Below, in pieces: positions 61,688 to 64,000 of a stretch of 64,000 nucleotides of DNA. This DNA comes from an uncultured Holophagales bacterium (GTDB lineage Bacteria > Acidobacteriota > Thermoanaerobaculia > Multivoradales > UBA5704): positions 1,312,001 to 1,376,000 of the forward strand of contig CAWJGT010000009.1 in assembly GCA_963842525.1 (NCBI GenBank), read 5' to 3'. The notes below the pieces were generated by a model. The model was not told where the DNA came from, made no database searches, and saw only the letters and a list, made by a program, of their open reading frames with translations. A program made the translations under genes and the position numbers. The stretch's first letter is position 1. Each line of letters starts with the position of its first letter.

Positions 61688-64000
61688 ATGAGCGTGTCTG
61701 ATCAGGAATTCCAGAAGCGGATTGCCGCGCTGACGCCGGAGCAGCGCCGGCTCCTCGAGCTGCGCCTCCAGAAACAGCAGGCCCAGCCGGTCGAAGCCGT
61801 TCGGCCCCAGGCGCCGCAGCTCATCGTGCGGCTCGCCGAGCGCGGCCGCTATCCGCTCTCCTTCGCACAGCAGCGCCTCTGGTTCCTGGAGCAGCTCGAG
61901 CCGGGCGGCTCGGCCTACAGCCTGTTCGAGGCGGTCCGCCTGGAAGGCCCTCTCGACATCGAGCTGCTCGGCCGCGTCTTCACCGAGATCGTGCGCCGCC
62001 AGGAGTCGCTGCGCACCCGCTTCGCCGAGGAGGATGGTCAGGAGGGTGGGGAGGCGGTGCAGATCGTTGACCCAGCGCGGCCGGCGCGGCCCTTCGCCCC
62101 GCGGCAGGTCGACCTGCGGGCCCTCCCCGTAAGGCAGCGCGAGCCCGAGGCCCTGCGCCGCGCCGCCGCGGAGGCACGCGTCCCTTTTGACCTGACCCGC
62201 GGCGACCTGCTGCGGGTCACCCTCTATCGCACGGACGACGAGCAGCACGTGATGCTGCTCGCCGTGCACCACATCGTCTCCGACGGCTGGTCCATGGGCG
62301 TGCTGGTCGCCGAGGTCACCGCCCTCTACACGGCCTTCGCCCAGGGACAACCGTCGCCGTTGCCCGAGCTGCCGGTCCAGTACGGCGACTTCGCGGTCTG
62401 GCAACGCGGCTGGCTCGCGGGCGAGGTGCTCGACCAGCAGGTGGGCTATTGGAAGCGGCAGCTCGCCGGCGCGCCGCCGGTGCTGGAGCTGCCCACCGAC
62501 CGGCCGCGGCCGGCCGAGCAGACCTTCCGTGGCACGCGCCGGCCGGTCGTGGTCTCCGGCGAACTGGTGCGCTCCCTCCGCCTGGAGGGCGCCACCCCGT
62601 TCATGACTCTGCTCGCGGCCTTCCAGGCCGTGCTCGGGCGCTATACGGGCACGAGCGACGTCGTCATCGGCAGCCCGATCGCCAACCGGCGCCAGAGCGA
62701 AGTCGAAAAACTGATCGGTTTCTTCGTCAACACCCTCGTGCTGCGCACCGACCTCAACGGCGATCCGCCGTTCCTCGAGCTGGTGCGGCGGGTGCGGCAG
62801 GTGGCGCTGGGGGCCTTCGCGCACCAGGACCTGCCGTTCGAAAAGCTTGTGGATGAGCTGCGGCCGGAGCGGGCGCTGAGCCACTCGCCGCTCTTCCAGG
62901 TGCTGTTCAACCTGCAGAACGCGCCTGCGCCGAAGATCGAGCTGGCGGACCTGACCCTGACGCCGCTCGACGTCGAGCACGCCGAGGTACCGTTCAACCT
63001 GACGCTGATGCTGTGGGAGGGAGCGGAAGGGCTCACCGGCTGGCTCGAATACAGCACCGACCTCTTCGACGCTTCCACCATGGATCGCCTGGTGGAGCAC
63101 TGGCGGACGTTCCTCACGTCCGGTCTTGCCGATCCGGGCGTCCCCATCTCCGATCTGCCGCTGCTGAGCGGGCCGGAGAGGCGCCAGCTCCTGGAGGAGC
63201 CCAATAACACACGGGTCGAGCACCCGCGCGACACGCTGATCCACGAGCTGTTCGCGGCGCAGGCGGCCCGGACGCCCCAGGCTCCGGCCGTCAGCTTCGG
63301 CGGCCAGACCCTGACCTACCGCGAGCTGGACGAGCGCGCCAACCGGCTGGCGCACCACCTGCGCCGGCTCGGCGTGGGACCGGAGGCCCTGGTCGGCCTG
63401 CGTGTCGAACGTTCCGAGCGGATGGTGGTCGGCCTGCTGGGCATTCTCAAGTCCGGCGGCGCCTACGTGCCGCTCGATCCGTCGCATCCGGAAGAACGGC
63501 TGGCGATGGTGTTGGAGGACGCGGAGGTCAAGGTCCTGGTGACGGACGACTTCCTGGACCAGGAGGCGATCGCCGCCGAGAGCGCTGTTGCGCCGGTGCG
63601 CTGGACGGACGAGGAGAGCCTCGCTTACGTGATCTACACGTCCGGCTCGACCGGACGGCCCAAGGGCGTTCAGCTCCCGCACCGGGCGGTTGTCAACTTC
63701 CTGCGCTCCATGGCCGTACGGCCCGGCATGACGGCGGGAGACGTCCTCCCGGCCGTGACGACGCTGTCGTTCAACATCGCGGGTCTCGAGATCTACCTGC
63801 CGCTGATGGTAGGCGGCCGGATCGAAGTGGTGAGCCGCGAGGAGACCGCGGACGGCCGCCGCCTGGCCGAACGGATGGCGGACTCGGGAGCGACCGTGAT
63901 GCAGGCCACGCCGGCCACGTGGCGGCTGCTCGTCGAGTCCGGCTGGGAGGGCCTGCCCGGATTGAAAGGTTTGTGCGGCGGCGAGGCCTTGCCGCGCGAG
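61688..64000 (+). CDS. NRPS C-A (Gly-like A domain), truncated by the window end and absent from the ORF track
   Basis: Translated by hand: MSVSDQEFQKRIAALTPEQRRLLELRL...PLSFAQQRLWFL...HHIVSDGWS...AYVIYTSGSTGRPKG...TTLSFNIAGLE...MQATPATW...LCGGEALPRE. Confidence 0.92.
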   Translation, partial: MSVSDQEFQKRIAALTPEQRRLLELRLQKQQAQPVEAVRPQAPQLIVRLAERGRYPLSFAQQRLWFLEQLEPGGSAYSLFEAVRLEGPLDIELLGRVFTEIVRRQESLRTRFAEEDGQEGGEAVQIVDPARPARPFAPRQVDLRALPVRQREPEALRRAAAEARVPFDLTRGDLLRVTLYRTDDEQHVMLLAVHHIVSDGWSMGVLVAEVTALYTAFAQGQPSPLPELPVQYGDFAVWQRGWLAGEVLDQQVGYWKRQLAGAPPVLELPTDRPRPAEQTFRGTRRPVVVSGELVRSLRLEGATPFMTLLAAFQAVLGRYTGTSDVVIGSPIANRRQSEVEKLIGFFVNTLVLRTDLNGDPPFLELVRRVRQVALGAFAHQDLPFEKLVDELRPERALSHSPLFQVLFNLQNAPAPKIELADLTLTPLDVEHAEVPFNLTLMLWEGAEGLTGWLEYSTDLFDASTMDRLVEHWRTFLTSGLADPGVPISDLPLLSGPERRQLLEEPNNTRVEHPRDTLIHELFAAQAARTPQAPAVSFGGQTLTYRELDERANRLAHHLRRLGVGPEALVGLRVERSERMVVGLLGILKSGGAYVPLDPSHPEERLAMVLEDAEVKVLVTDDFLDQEAIAAESAVAPVRWTDEESLAYVIYTSGSTGRPKGVQLPHRAVVNFLRSMAVRPGMTAGDVLPAVTTLSFNIAGLEIYLPLMVGGRIEVVSREETADGRRLAERMADSGATVMQATPATWRLLVESGWEGLPGLKGLCGGEALPRE

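Overview
High-GC bacterial DNA. Gene content (Ser/Thr kinase-TPR protein, DUF5916 protein, Uma2 and Rpn nucleases, large NRPS) resembles Acidobacteriota or myxobacteria; this is inference only. Most of the window is one colinear, + strand, cis-AT PKS/NRPS lipopeptide assembly line (4819 to >64000, open at the right edge, no thioesterase seen): FAAL-ACP-C-A*-PCP-KS(Cys->Ser)-AT-KR-ACP | KS-AT-KR0-ACP | stand-alone C | C-A-PCP-C-PCP-C-A-PCP | C-A(Gly; luciferase-like monooxygenase and FkbM methyltransferase inserted)-PCP | FkbM MT | KS-AT-ACP | C-A-PCP-KS-AT-KR0-ACP | C-A... Two accessory blocks interrupt it. The most striking feature is at least eight REP/MITE-like palindromic elements from about three DNA families inserted in frame inside the megasynthase genes, repeatedly in the same loops and always avoiding the element's stop-codon frame. 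There are also two related tandem arrays built from 21-nt subunits, two sigma-54 promoter motifs and several catalytic-residue substitutions. Several single-base frameshifts and one in-frame amber codon may be sequencing errors. No rRNA, tRNA or CRISPR was recognised.
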